Positions 15,558 to 29,521 of a stretch of 64,000 nucleotides of DNA are shown in pieces. The notes beneath the pieces were generated by a model. That model was not told the origin of the DNA. It saw only the letters and a list, made by a program, of their open reading frames with translations, and did no database searches. The position numbers and the translations under genes were made by a program. Each line of letters opens with the position of its first letter. Within the stretch, counting starts at the first letter, position 1. The stretch comes from Eledone cirrhosa (lineage: Eukaryota), in assembly GCA_964016885.1 (NCBI GenBank), contig OZ024740.1, forward strand, positions 275,838,001 through 275,902,000. The letters are read 5' to 3'.

Positions 15558-16095
15558 TAGTAATAAAAATAAAATTGAAGACTAAAATCCAGAGAGGGCT
15601 CGATAAGGAAAATATATATCAAATATATAAGAACCGAAGAGCAAATATTTATTAAAATAACAGATTAAAGTTTAAGCAAAGAATCGCTGCTTTCACCCTT
15701 AACGGGATCTTCTGAAACTAACAAAGTCAATCTGTAAACGCAGAACTGGATATTTAAAAAAACGTTGCAACCGGAGGAAGACAGGAAGACGATACTTTGG
15801 TTCATGGTGACGTTCGCTGGCAAAGAACGGAAAAAAAACCGAATAATACGTCATTAATAGGAGCGGTTTTTCACCGCTCCTATTAATGACGTATTATTCG
15901 GTTTTTTTTCCGTTCTTTGCCAGCGAACGTCACCATGAACCAAAGTATCGTCTTCCTGTCTTCCTCCGGTTGCAACGTTTTTTGAAATATCCAGTTCTGC
16001 GTTTACAGATTGACTTTGTTAGTTTCAGAAGATCCCGTTAAGGGTGAAAGCAGCGATTCTTTGCTTAAACTTTAATCTGTTATTTTAATAAATAT
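15558..16095 (-). mobile_element. Fold-back cassette with ~223-bp arms and a hammerhead-like motif
   Basis: Arms 15645-15867 and 15873-16095 with one mismatch seen; agttt-CAGAAGA-tccc gttaa gggt-GAAA-gca..tgc-TT-aaact at 16021-16071; unique tail 15558-15644. Confidence 0.8.
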
Positions 16096-16124
16096 ATATA
16101 TATATGTATATATATATAGTAATA

Positions 16125-16312
16125 ATTGTTTCTACTTTAGGCACAAGGCCAGCAATTCACCAGTACATTACTGGTACTTTATTTTATCGACCCCGTAAGG
16201 ATGAAAGGCAAAGTTAACTTCGACGGGATTTGAACTTAGACCGTAAAGGGACATAACTATGTTGGAAAGCATGGCGTCCGACTCTCTACCGATACTGCCA
16301 ATCCACCGCCCT
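16125..16312 (-). mobile_element. tRNA-derived SINE family A, full length
   Basis: A-box-like TGGCAGTATCGG, B-box-like GTTCAAATCC, conserved core gcctttcatccttacggggtcgataaaataaagtaccag (Meta-domain-like, from memory), AT-rich tail. Confidence 0.85.
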
Positions 16313-16404
16313 ATATATAGTAATAATAATAAATTTGAAGACTAAAATAAGGATAAATATATATCAGATATATAAGAACCATTGAACAAATATTTATTAA
16401 AATA

Positions 16405-16803
16405 ACATCATCATCATCATCATCATCAACGTTTAACGTCCGTGTTCCACGCTTGCATGGGTTTGGACGGGGGTATTCCCACTTGAGGCAAGAGTGATTG
16501 TCTTGCTCGCATAGGACTGTCTGGCAGGTTTTCTACAGTTGGATGCCCTTCCTAACACCAACCACATTTACAGTGTGGGTCTGGGAGGTTTTTACCGTGT
16601 TGCCTACACGGCCACATATATATATATATATATAATGTAAATGTGGTTGGTGTTAGGAAGGGCATCCAGCTGTAAAAAACCCGCCAGACAGTCCTATGCG
16701 AGCAAGACAACCACTCTTGCCTCAAGTGGGAAAACTCCCGTCCAAACCCATGCAAGCGTGGAACATGGACGTTAAACGATGATGATGATGATGATGATGA
16801 TGA
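16405..16803. mobile_element. Two RTE 3'-UTR fragments in inverted orientation around a (TA)n
   Basis: Minus copy 16405-16616 and plus copy ~16635-16803, each with an outward (GAT)n tail. Confidence 0.85.
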
Positions 16804-16885
16804 TATATATATATATATATATCCTAACACGTGTGCCTCCTCTCCACATTTTATTATTATTATATATATATATATATATATATAG

Positions 16886-17086
16886 AAAAAGCTCAAGACC
16901 CCGACGGCAGAGCTCAAGTCGTTTCGATGGCTATTTCTGGATTGGAGTCCAGAAATAGCTGTTGAAACGGCTTGAGCTCCGCCGCCGGGGTCTTGAACTT
17001 TTACCTATTACCCACTCTACTACCCTAAGTATTGAGTACTTTGGTGTGTTATGGTCCACCTGGTTCCTTACCACACTTCCTTTGTT
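16886..17086 (+). mobile_element. Fold-back cassette between (TA)n tracts
   Basis: Arms ~16886-16941 and ~16948-17002 containing GAAACGGC; tail with GAGTACT at 17034-40. Confidence 0.7.
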
Positions 17087-17289
17087 ATATATATATATAT
17101 ATATATATTATCATTTTGCTAAAACAAATTTAAATCTGAGAGTGAGAGTTTAAATTGAGGTTGAGTGTATGGGTGGATGTGTGGACGGGTGGATAGGTGC
17201 ATGGGGGGATGGGTGGATGGTTGGATGGAGGAATGGTTGTTGTTGTTGTTGTCATCATTGTTGTTGTCATTGGATTATAATTATTGTGA

Positions 17290-17650
17290 TCATCATCATC
17301 ATCTCCAACACCACCACCCCCATACCTCCAAAACCATCACCACCACCACCATCATAATTATAATTACCATCATCATCATCATCATTATTATTGTCATCCT
17401 CATCATCATCATCATCATCATCACCATCATCATCATTATACTTGTCATCATCATCATCATCATCACCATCATCATCATTATGCTTGTCATCATCATCATC
17501 ATCATCATCACCATCATTATCATTATGCTTGTCATCATCATCATCATCATTGTCATCATCATTATCATTGTCATTGCCATCATCATCATGATCATCATCA
17601 TCATCATCATCGCCATCATCATCATCATCATCATTATCATTGTCATCGCC

Positions 17651-17682
<32 letters not shown>

Positions 17683-17775
17683 TATCATTGTCATGATGAT
17701 CATCATCATCATCAATAACAATAATAATGATTTCTTTATTTCTTTATTTATCAATAATAATACTAATAATAATAA
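17290..17775. repeat. Degenerate (CAT)n/(TAA)n microsatellite
   Basis: Direct reading. Confidence 0.95.
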
Positions 17776-17965
17776 TTGTTTCTACTTTTTGGCACAACGC
17801 CAGCAATTATCCCAGTGTATTACTGGTACTTTATTTTATCGAGCCCGTAAGGATGAAAGGCAAAGTTAACCTCGGCGGGATTTGAACTCAGAATGGCAAG
17901 GGCCGTGACTCTATATGTCAAAGCAGGGCATCCGCCCCTCTACCGATACTGCCAATCCATCGCCC
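17775..17965 (-). mobile_element. tRNA-derived SINE family A
   Basis: Full-length match to 16125-16312. Confidence 0.85.
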
Positions 17966-17969
17966 TATA

Positions 17970-18800
17970 CTAATAATAATAATGCTTTCTTTATTAACCA
18001 CAAGGGTTTACATAAAGTAGACATTAAGGACAGTACAGGACAATACAGGACGGTACAGATGGGCATTTCTGCATGTAAAAAAACAAAAACAGAAGATGTA
18101 ACAAAAAAGGAACAATCAAAAATTCCCCAATAGGGGGGAGACTTCCGAGGGCCATCGTGAAGAAAGCCCATTAAAAAAAGCCACGGTGCCCTCTCCCAGT
18201 TTTCCACCTTCAATTTACAGGCACATACTCAGAGTAGGCCCATTCACTCCAGCCATTCTTGCCTCTCTCATCCATAATAATCAAAATGAAATAAAATATA
18301 AATAATGCTTTCTTTAATAACCACAAGGGTCGACACAAAGTATAACATTAAGGACAACACAGGACAATACAAATGGGCATTTCTGCGTGTAAAAAAAAAC
18401 AAAAACAGGGTGTGACAAAAGGAAACAATGAAAAATTTCCAATAGGGAGGAGACCTCCGAGGGTTGCTTTTGGAGAAAGCCCACAAGAAAAGCCACGGTT
18501 ACCCTGACCGCTAGGGCAAATACCCTCTTCCAGTTTTCCTCCTACAATGCTACAGGCACATGCTCAGGGTAGACCCATTCATACGGGCCATTCTTGCCTC
18601 TCTTACCCACCTTTCAACAAACTGGCTGGAGGTCAGCACTTCCCTCTCCACCCTGATTTTACTCTTCAGGTGAAACCTGAAAAAGTTAATGGGGGCGTCA
18701 CCAAAGAGGAAAGTACCCATCTACAACCCTTTCAGACGTGTCCACCATACAATCTCTTTTACCATGGCCACCAGGCAGATAAAAACTGGCTGCCCTTCTC
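17970..18800 (-). mobile_element. Two tandem 3' fragments of an L1/Tx1-like LINE
   Basis: 17970-18275 and 18300-18800 share a 3' end (taataaagaaagcattatta on minus); minus-strand translation ...FICLVAMVKEIVWWTRLKG...RVEREVL...FVERWVREARM resembles Tx1 ORF2 C-termini. Confidence 0.65.
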
Positions 18801-18854
18801 AGTTAAAATATAAATAATACAATTTAAAAATAAAATTTTTTTTAACATTATCCT

Positions 18855-19355
18855 TGTGGATTGGCAGTATCGGTAGAGGGTCGGACGCCATGCTTTCCAG
18901 CATAGTTACGTCCCTTTACGGTCTGAGTTTATATCCCGCCGAGGTTAACTTTGCCTTTCATCCTTACGGGGTCGATAAAATAAAGTACCAATAATGCACT
19001 GGGTAATTGCTGGCCTTGTGCCAAAAGTAGAAACAATTATTATTTTCATTTTTATTATTATTATTATTATTATTATTACCCGCCGATAATATGCTTTGAA
19101 GCATAGAGTTACCTCCTTGTATGATCTGAGTTCAAATCCCGCTGAGGTTAACTTTGCCTTTCATCCTTCCGGGGGTCGATAGAATAAAGTACCAGTAATG
19201 CATTGGGTAATTGCTGGTCTTGTGCCAAAAGTAGAAACAATTAGTATTACCTGCCGATGTTAATTTTGCCTTTCATCCTTACGGGGTCGATAAAATAAAG
19301 TACCAGTAATGTACTGGGTAATTGCTGGCCTTGTGCCTAAAGTAGAAACAATTAT
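18855..19355 (+). mobile_element. Cluster of three SINE family A copies, head to tail, progressively truncated
   Basis: Copies at ~18855-19040, 19080-19245 and 19250-19355. Confidence 0.85.
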
Positions 19356-19619
19356 TACTATTATTGTTATTTTGCATTTTTTATTATATGTACTTTTGCA
19401 TATTATATCTTTTATATTTTTACTTCTTAATCGATTGCTGCCAATTCTTTATCTTTGGATGAATCAACGTGGCGCTTTCGTAGAATATTATTCTGAAATC
19501 CTTCACACGCACTGATCACTTGCTAAACAATAGATACCAGGAAGGCATGGGCCAATTCTCTTGTAAAATGTCTTTTTGTGAAAGCTCTCTTACAATCTAT
19601 GGTTAAATATTATTTGTTT

Positions 19620-20360
19620 GTCTGTTTGTATATGTGTGTGAAAGTGTATGTGTGTGTATATATCTGTTTGTGTATGTGAGTGTATGTATATATGTGTTTG
19701 TGTGTGTCTGTGAGTGTATGTATGTATGTGTTTGTGTATGTGAGAGTGTGTGTCTGTGAGTGTATGTATATATGTGTTGTGTGTGTGAGTGTGTGTATAT
19801 ATGTGTTTGTGTATGTGAGTGCGTGTATATATGTGTTTGTGTGTGTCTGTGCGTGTATGTATGTATGTGTTTGTGTATGTGAGAGTGTGTGTCTGTGAGT
19901 GTGTGTCTGTGAGTGTATATATGTGTTGTGTGTGTGAGTGTGTGTGTATATGTGTTTGTGTGAGTGTGTGTATGTGAGTGTATGTATATATGTGTTTGTG
20001 TGTATGTTTGTGTGTGTGGGTGGGGGTGGGGGTGTATTTGAGTGTGTGTTTGTATATGTGTGTGAAAGTGTGTGTGTGTGTCTGAGTGTGATTGTGTGTA
20101 TGTGAGTATGTTTGTTTGTGAGTGTGTGAGTGTGTTTGGTTGTGTGTGTGAGTGTATGTATATATTTGTTTATGTGTATGTTTGTGTGTGTATTTGTGTG
20201 TATGTATGTATGTATGTATGTGTGTGTGTGTGTGTGTGTATGTATGAGTGTGTGTGCGCGTGTGTATGTGTGTGTATGAGTGTATGTGTGTGTGTGTGTG
20301 TGTATGAGTGTGTGTGTGTCTGTGTGTTTGAATGTGTTTCTGTTTGTTTGTGTGTGTTGA
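19620..20360. repeat. Degenerate (TG)n satellite
   Basis: Direct reading. Confidence 0.95.
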
Positions 20361-20466
20361 CTTTGAATTTAAAATTTCTGCTGTAGCCATTTATCATAAG
20401 ATGTTATAATTATATCTTCTTATTTATTTTAATACCATAGCCTTAATTATCATCATCACTGTTGTT

Positions 20467-20508
<42 letters not shown>

Positions 20509-21164
20509 TTCCTCTTCATTTCTGTTCTTATCATCATCATTGTTGTCATCATCATTGTCCTGCTCATCATCATCATCATCATCATTATCACCTTCCTTTT
20601 TGTGTTCTTATCATCATCATTGTTGTCATCTTCATCATTACCATCTTCCTCTTTCTTTGTGTTTTTATCATCATCATTGATGTCATCTTAATTGTCACTC
20701 CTCCTCCACCCCACCCCCCCTCCTCCTCCTCATCATCATCATCATGATCATTACCATCTTCCTCATCATCATCATTACCACCTACCTCTTCATTTTTGCT
20801 CTTTTTCCTCTAATCACTTCCCAATCATCTTTTTTCTTCAGCATTAATCTTTCTTCATATATATTTTTTTCATGAAACTCACTTGATTTTCTCTTCCTTC
20901 ATCTTCTCTTTCTGTTTCACCTTCTCTTCAACCCTTTTCACCTTCCCTTCCTTCTACTTCTCTTTCTTCTCATAGTAATGTCTTTCTATTTCTTCTATTA
21001 AATTTATACATACCAAAGTATTTAAGATTTTATCCAGTCAGCCTTATACAGAGACATCTGGCCTCAAATGTGACTTGTAATGTTTATTGAGAGCAAATAT
21101 ATATGCTTCCCTACCTGAACCTTTATGTTTATTTGGCTTCTCGTTGGTCTTCACTATTAAACAG

Positions 21165-21470
21165 TTTGGCAGTATCGGTAGAGGGTCGGACGCCATGCTT
21201 TGACCCATAGAGTTACGGCCCTTGCCATTCTGAGTTCAAATCCCGCCGAGGTTAACTTTGCCTTTCATCCTTACGGGGTCGATAAAATAAAGTACCAGTA
21301 ATGCACTGGGTAATTGCTGGCCTTGTGCCAAAAGTAGAAACGACTATTAAACAGATTTCAAATCCCGTTGAGGTTAACTTTGCCTTTCATCCTTACGGGG
21401 TCGATAAAATAAAGTACCAGTAATGTATTGGGTAATTACTGGCCTTGTACCCAAAGTAGAAACAATTATT
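21165..21470 (+). mobile_element. SINE family A plus partial tandem duplicate
   Basis: 21165-21345 and 21357-21470; the sequence tattaaacag recurs at the boundaries. Confidence 0.85.
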
Positions 21471-21649
21471 AAACAGATTTTTTTATTTTTATATTCACTT
21501 ATCTCTGCCTATCTTGTTTGTTTTTTTATTTCTCAACTGTATGCCTTACTAGTTCGTTACGGATGTTTAAATTGATTAAATGAATACATAATAGGGTAAA
21601 AACAACCTTTCGTCATCAATGACAATGAGATTTACACTTAGAAAGTTCT

Positions 21650-21892
21650 CCTCCGAGGCACAAGTCTGGGCAAGGTTGTTTGTGGAAGACCAGCAGTTGC
21701 CCATGCATACCAGCCTCCCCTCTCCACACTACTGATATTGCCCAAGGGAAAGGTAATGGCCGATACGGCTTGGTATCTGTGACATCATTTCTACAGCTGA
21801 GTGAACTGGAGCAGCTTGAAATAAAGTGTCTTGCTCAAGACACAACCTCCTGATTACAAGCCCAATACTCTAACCACTAAACCATGCACCTT
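21650..21892 (-). mobile_element. tRNA-derived SINE, family B related
   Basis: Minus strand reads ggtgcatggtttagtggttagagtattgg...gtgtcttgagcaagacactttatttc. Confidence 0.7.
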
Positions 21893-22289
21893 AATAAATA
21901 ATAAACATAAGTATAAACACTCTTTCCTTAATGTCATTCACTCAGTCTTAAATACAAAAGGTACTTACATTCTTGTCAATCAATAGAGACAGTGAGAAAA
22001 GTGTCTTGCTCATTGAGTACGATATAATTGATGTAACAAGTTTTGAGCTTATAATTTTGTAGTAAATAAACCAGCATGTTAACCCCATGGCCAACTGAAT
22101 TCTCAGTGTTTGGCAAATGTTTGTTTTTTAACAAATGATAAAAAAATAAAAAATAATTTTATGATACATTTAGACACACTGTAAATGTGATATTGAAATA
22201 TCCAATGACTCTCTAATGAGATATAAACTCCAATGTTGCTTGAGCTACTTTTTTTTAAATGCATCTTTATTTCTTATTTATATATATAT

Positions 22290-22590
22290 GGAGGCACATG
22301 GCTTAGTGGTTAGAGCATTGGCCTTGCAATCGAAAGGTTGTGAGTTCAATTCTCAGACTAGGTGTTGTGTTGTTTCCTTGAGCAAGGCACTTTATTTCAC
22401 ATTGCTCCAGTTTACTCAGCTGTAGAAATGAGGTCGTGGAGGTGCCACGGCAAAAAAGCACGCAGCACTCACTGTAAATGAGGTTGGTGTTAGGAAGGGC
22501 ATCCAGCTGTAGAAATCAAGCCAGAATCAGTTCCCGTCCCCCCCTTGCAAGCAGGGAAAAGTGGACGTAAAATGAAATGATGAAATGATG
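22290..22590 (+). mobile_element. tRNA-derived SINE family B with RTE-derived tail
   Basis: A box TGGCTTAGTGG, B box GAGTTCAATTC, ccttgagcaaggcacttta core, tail shared with the RTE 3' UTR, ends in (GAT)n. Confidence 0.85.
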
Positions 22591-22643
22591 ATATATTTTT
22601 AATTTTTCTTTTATATATATGTTTGCATATATATATATATATA

Positions 22644-23519
22644 TGTCAGAAAAGTTCCAGGACTGATGTCACAAAAGATTTATTTCAAACCTAAACTTCA
22701 CACTAAGAGTTTTCTCCTTCAAAGTAATCCCCCTGGAGTATGTAACTGTAATCTTAGCTCTCTGCAGTGATCAAACTTTTTTCTTCATAATTTTATATAC
22801 ATGTCCTCTGTTTCAGGTCGTCAAACAATGAGCACAGAGCAACGAACAAACTTGAAGTTTCTGGTATGGTTGGGGAAAACTCCGTCAGAAGCACTGGGAT
22901 TGCTGCAGCAAGTGTATGGAGATGAGACGATGTCACGCTCACGTGTTTTTGAGTGGTGCAAGAGGACCTCAGGAGCGGAAGTACCTCAACAACCAGGACT
23001 GATGTCAACGTTGAAACGCGTCAGGCAGATGGTGCGTAGCGATCGTCGGCTGACTGTTCGACTGATGGCAAATCAGCTGGGCATGAATCAGGACAGCGTC
23101 TGGAAGATTCTCACTGATTTGGACATGTGGAAAGTCTGCATGAAGAGGGGGCCAAAACTACTGAACAATGACCAGAAGGGTCGACGCATGCAAGTGTGCC
23201 AGGACATCCTCGAGCATCTTGAAACCGAACCAGACTTACTAGGGACAGTCATCACCAGTGATGAGTCAGGGATCTTTGAGTATGACCCGGAGGGGACCCG
23301 TTTTGAAGATGTGGACGACATCAAAAAGGCCGTGACAATGGAACTGCGGAGGATCCCGGAAGAATCCTTCCAGGAGTGCATGCAAGCATGGCAGAAAAGG
23401 ATGGAAAAGTACATTAGACTCCAGGGGATTACTTTGAAGGAGAAAATTCTTAGTGTGAAGTTTGGGTTTGAAATAAATCTTTTGTGATGTCAGTCCTGGA
23501 ACTTTTCTGACACACCTCG
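22644..23519 (+). mobile_element. Internally deleted mariner transposon with ~96-bp inverted repeats
   Basis: IRs 22644-22739 and 23418-23513; right end cacacctcg followed by TA; carries a transposase remnant. Confidence 0.9.
22801..23487 (+). pseudogene. Mariner transposase pseudogene
   Basis: HTH region EQRTNLKF..LGKT...YGDETMSRSRVFEW; ITSDESGIFEYDPE is joined directly to the C-terminal GTRFEDVDDIK, so most of the DDD domain is missing. Confidence 0.9.
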
Positions 23520-24144
23520 TATATATAATCTCCATTTAGTGTGTACTTTTCCATGCTTGCATGGGTTAGATGGGTCGTCCATGTTATATAGGGTAGTCTG
23601 GTGAGTTGGTCGTGCCTTACTTTGCTCAAACAGAACTGCATTTTGACTTAGTTTTTTACTGCTGGATGCCCTTCGTAAGACCAACCACATTTACAATGTG
23701 GGACCGGGTTGTCCTATTATTAGTTAAGTATGGCCAGTTAACTGCACTGTATGTTGCTCATGATGGAATTGCATTTTGGCTGCGTTTTTATGGCTGCTGC
23801 ATGAACTTCCTAACACCAACCACATTTACACCACCAATGTTTACAGTATAGAACTCGGTGGTACCATTAAGGAACATGTCTGTCCAGTTGACCACACCAT
23901 ACCTTGTTCTTAGAGAGACCGTGTTTTGGCTGGGTCTTTATGACTACTGCATGTCATTCCTAAACCTCAATCATGTTTACACCACCTATGTTTACAGTAT
24001 GGAACTGGATAGTACCATATGGGACAGGTCTGGCCCATTTGCTGCACCCTACCTTGCTCACTGTGAGACTGTCTATATAGACCCATTCAACCTTTGCTAG
24101 CAGGGAAAGGGAAATTTAAAACAACAATGATTATATATATATAC

Positions 24145-24179
<35 letters not shown>

Positions 24180-24524
24180 AGAGCATTAGTTTGTTTGTTT
24201 TACATACAAAATTATACACGATACATCAGAATTTCATTACAATTATTAAAACACTGAAACTAAACCCTATCGAAATCAACTTTGCCTTATCATTCTGTGG
24301 GTAGAAGGTGATAAAATAAAATATAAATCAAGTAGTACAGTTTTTTCTATTGATTAATTTTCTTTCTGATGCCAAGCTGTACTTTAATTTTAAATATGAT
24401 ATATACTGATAACTTTTGTTGAACCACTAAGCTGAAAGATATTGTTTATGCAAGACAAAAACAATGTTATTGCATACTTTAAACGGTATTGATATGAAGA
24501 TACTCAGAGACAGAGATACTCCAA

Positions 24525-25182
24525 CATCATCATCATCATCATCATCATCATCATAATCATCATCATCATCTTTAGCATCATTATTTAGTATCCATTTTAC
24601 CTGCTATATATCTAGGGCAGGTAAAATTCCCGAGATCCATGGACGAGCTCTCTCCAGTGGTCTCTGTCCCTCATTATCGCTGCCATGTCCTGCATCTCCA
24701 ACAGACCAGTGTCTGTCCTTAGGGCATCGACATACGTTAACCTTGGTCTTTCTCTTCCAGTGTGTCCAGGTAGGGGCTCCCACAAGAGCACTGAGTGCAA
24801 TGTCAACTCTGGATGTCGGTGAGCATGTCCAGCTAACCTCAGTCTCCTCTGTGTCACTTTTGGGCTGAGCTGACTTTTGGGAGGCTCCCTTACAGCTCTG
24901 AGATTTTCATCTTCAGTGTATACTGATTAATGTTCAGAGCCATCCTCAGCAATCTCGTGTAACACCCATCCACCATCTGAGTGAGTTTCTTGGTCAGTGT
25001 CCAAGTCTCAGACCTGTACAGCAGCACAGACTCCACTACAGCAATGAAGAGGCGGATTTTCAGGTCTTTACGAAGATCCAACTTCTATACCGATCTCAAG
25101 CTGTGGCACGCCGCCCAGGCTTTGCTCTTCCTCTCAACGATATCATCTTCCATATTCCCAATCTTTGCTCCCAAATACCTGC
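24525..25182 (-). mobile_element. RTE-like LINE 3' fragment, second family, decayed
   Basis: KYLGA...LKIRLFIAVVESVLLY.SETWTLT...GCYTRLLRMALN; RRLRLAGHAHRH...LLWEP...RPRLTYVD. Confidence 0.85.
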
Positions 25183-26136
25183 TATATATATACAAAATAA
25201 GCTTGTTCAGGGTACCCATTTATCAACTTCCCTCACAAAGCAATGGCTGGCTTGTGGTTGCAGTAGAAGATAATCACCAAAGCTCAACGTGCTTATCCAT
25301 GCTTGCACATATCATCATCATCATCATCATCGTTTAACACACCATTTTCCATGTTAGCATGGGTTAGACGGGCCATCCCATTTGAGGCAAATTTGGTCAG
25401 GTGATGGTGTCTTATTCATATAGAATTATTCTGGCAAGATTTCTACAGCCGGAAGCATTTCCTAATTCCAACATCATTTACTGTGTGTGCTGGGTGCTTT
25501 TTGTCATAACAACTGCACGGCCACTTTACAGTGTGGGCTGGATATATTTTGTTCACAGTGTAAGGGTGGTGTGAACATGAGTGGGTGGGTGCGGTATAGT
25601 GGTTAAGAGGTGCCTAATAGGTCTATGTTTGAGTCTGTGTGTATGGAAGGCATGTATTCTCTATTACTGCGTAACGCCATATAATTGAGAGAATTGTTTA
25701 CCTAGCAAATTACTGGTACTTCATCTACTAAACCCTCCAGATAGGGAAGGCAAAGTTGTCCCTAAATGGATTTGAACTTGTAAGTAGATGTAATAATGTA
25801 AAAAACCCTACATATTGTTTCAAAAAATCACCATCAGCCTTAAAAAAAAATTAAAACCTTATTTTTCCATACAAATGTTTTTTATTTGTTTTTTCAAAGT
25901 TAGAGAAATATTTTTTTTTGTTTTTGTAATATGTGTAGGTATGTGTCAGTGTGCAAGAATGTGTAAGAATGCGTAATTATCTGTATATGTGTGTGTATTT
26001 TCTGTGGGTGTTAATTCGTTTTTTTTTATTTTCTTTCATATCACCCTCTTCTCTTCCTTTTATGAAATTTAACACACTCTTAGTTGCTTGGCAATAAAAC
26101 AATAAAAGCAACGACAATAGCTGTACTACCAGGTAT

Positions 26137-27305
<1,169 letters not shown>

Positions 27306-27819
27306 AATTAATGTATATAAACCATCATCACCATCATCATCATCATATTTAAATTCTTTGTTGGTGGCGGTGGGGAGTTCTTTTTATGTTTAATTTCAAA
27401 CATTAAGCTCCGTTGCCTGGTGATATAATAATTTTTATATATAATTTTTTTTTATTTTTTCTTTTGCCGAACTGGGGTGTTAGTTAACATTTTGTTCCGA
27501 ATTTATTATTACTATTATTATTATTTTTATTGTTGTTGTTGTTGTTGTTTTGTATGTGTTTCCACTTCTATATAATTTTGTGATTTCCTTTTAGATTTCT
27601 TCATTTTCTGTGTTTGTTTGTTTTTAGTTTATAGCTAAGTTCTGTTCTCTTAGATGTAGAAAACTGGAAAACATTAACAGTCTACAGTTTTTTTCATTTG
27701 AAATACAGCAACATTATCACCAACCCTCCTTTTTTTGTTATTATTTATTATTTTGAATGTTTGTTTCATGTTTCTTTTTTACTTGGTAATAGTGGGACTT
27801 TGACTAAGAGAAGAAAGCT

Positions 27820-28975
27820 TGTATGTAAGTATGTATGCATGTGTGTATGTGTGTATGTATGTATGTATGTATGAGTGTGTATATGTATGTATGTATGTGT
27901 GTGTATGTGTGTATGTGTGTATGTGTGTATGTGTGTATGTGTGTATGTATGTATGAGTGTGTATATGAATGTATGTATGTATGTATGTGTGTGTATGTGT
28001 GTATGTGTGTATGTATGTATGTATGTATGAGTATGTGTGTATGTATGTATGAGTGTGTATATGAATGTATGTATGTGTGTGTATGTGTGTATGTGTGTAT
28101 GTGTGTATGTGTGTATGTGTGTATGTATGTATGAGTGTGTGTATGTGTGTATGTATGTGTATGTATGTATGAGTGTGTATATGAATGTATGTATGTATGT
28201 GTGTGTATGTGTGTATGAGTGTATGTATGTATGAGTGTGTGTATGTGTGTATGTATGTATGTATGTATGTGTATGTATGTATGAGTGTGTGTATTATTGT
28301 ATGTATGTATGCATGTGTGTATGTGTGTATGTTTGTATGTATGAGTGTCTGTGTGTATGTATGTCTGTGTATGTGTGTATGTATGTATGAGTGTGTGTAT
28401 GCGTGTATGTATGTATGTATGTGTATGTATGTATGAGTGTGTGTATGTATGTATGTATGTATGTATGCATGTGTGTATGTGCGTATGTATGTATGAGTGT
28501 GTATGTGTGTATGTATGTATGTATGTATGTATGTATGTATGTATGTATGTATGAGTGTGTGTATGTATGTATGTATGCATGTGTGTATGTGTGTATGTAA
28601 GCATGAGTGTGTATGTGTGTATGTGTGTATGTATGTATGTATGCATGTATGTATGTATGTATGTATGTATATATGTATGTATGTGTGTATGTATGTATGT
28701 ATGTATGAGTGTGTGTATGTATGTATGTATGTATGTATGTATGTATGTATGTATGTATGTATGCATGTGTGTATGTGTGTATGTATGTATGTATGTATGA
28801 GTGTGTATATGTATGTATGTATGTAAGTATTATGCATGTGTGTGTGTATGTATGTATGAGTGTGTATATGTATGTATGTATGTATGTATCAGTGTGTATA
28901 TGTATGCATGTGTGTATGTGTGATGTATGTATATTTGTGTGTGTAAGTTTGGGAGTGTGTGTGTGTGTGTGTGTT
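27820..28975. repeat. (GTAT)n/(GT)n degenerate satellite
   Basis: Direct reading. Confidence 0.95.
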
Positions 28976-29171
28976 AAAAAAGGGAGAGAGAGAGAGGGGG
29001 AGAGAGAAACAGACGAAGTGATTGACAGAAGGACTGTGAGCTTAGAATATGTATGTAAGTTATATATACAGAGAGAGAGAGAGAGAGAGAGGAAGTTATA
29101 TACGTATATATATATATAATACTTACTGAGATATATGTATATATTTCATTATCATCAACATCATAGGCGGA

Positions 29172-29362
29172 TTGGCGGTGGATTGGCAGTATCGGTAGAG
29201 GGTCGGACGCCATGCTTTCTAGCATAGAGTTACGGCCCTTGCCATTCTGAGTTCAAATCCCGCCGAGGTTAACTTTGCCTTTCATCCTTACGGGGGTCGA
29301 TAAAATAAAATGCCAGTAATACACTGGGTAATTGCTGGCCTTGTGCCTAACGTAGAAACGAT
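29172..29362 (+). mobile_element. SINE family A with flanking direct repeat
   Basis: Full copy; attatcatcaacatcata occurs on both sides (29148-29165 and 29361-29378), a probable TSD. Confidence 0.85.
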
Positions 29363-29521
29363 TATCATCAACATCATAAACATTTAACGTCCATTTTCCA
29401 TATGTATAAAGATATCTATATCTAAAAGAGTGTGTATTGGTGTGATTGTGTATGTATAAACATACATACATACACATATATATTGATATACACACATATA
29501 TATATATATATATATACATAT

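Noticed and set aside
15645-16095. Long palindromes as foldback DNA transposons or MITEs
   Set aside because: No shared terminal motif or defined TSD; an asymmetric unique tail lies on one side and inversion points vary, which fits inverted duplication better than TIRs.
16125-16312. tRNA genes at A/B-box motifs
   Set aside because: These are SINE heads continuing into core and tail; no complete cloverleaf.
18855-19355. CRISPR-like repeat array
   Set aside because: Tandem SINE copies of 100-190 bp in eukaryotic DNA; no regular spacers or cas genes.
19467-19510. Minus-strand TGAAGGA...GAAAgcgc as a hammerhead
   Set aside because: C3 and the UH site cannot be assigned and stem II closure is poor.
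22801-23487. SETMAR/GVQW3-like host gene
   Set aside because: Bounded by TIRs, frameshifted and lacking most of the catalytic domain.
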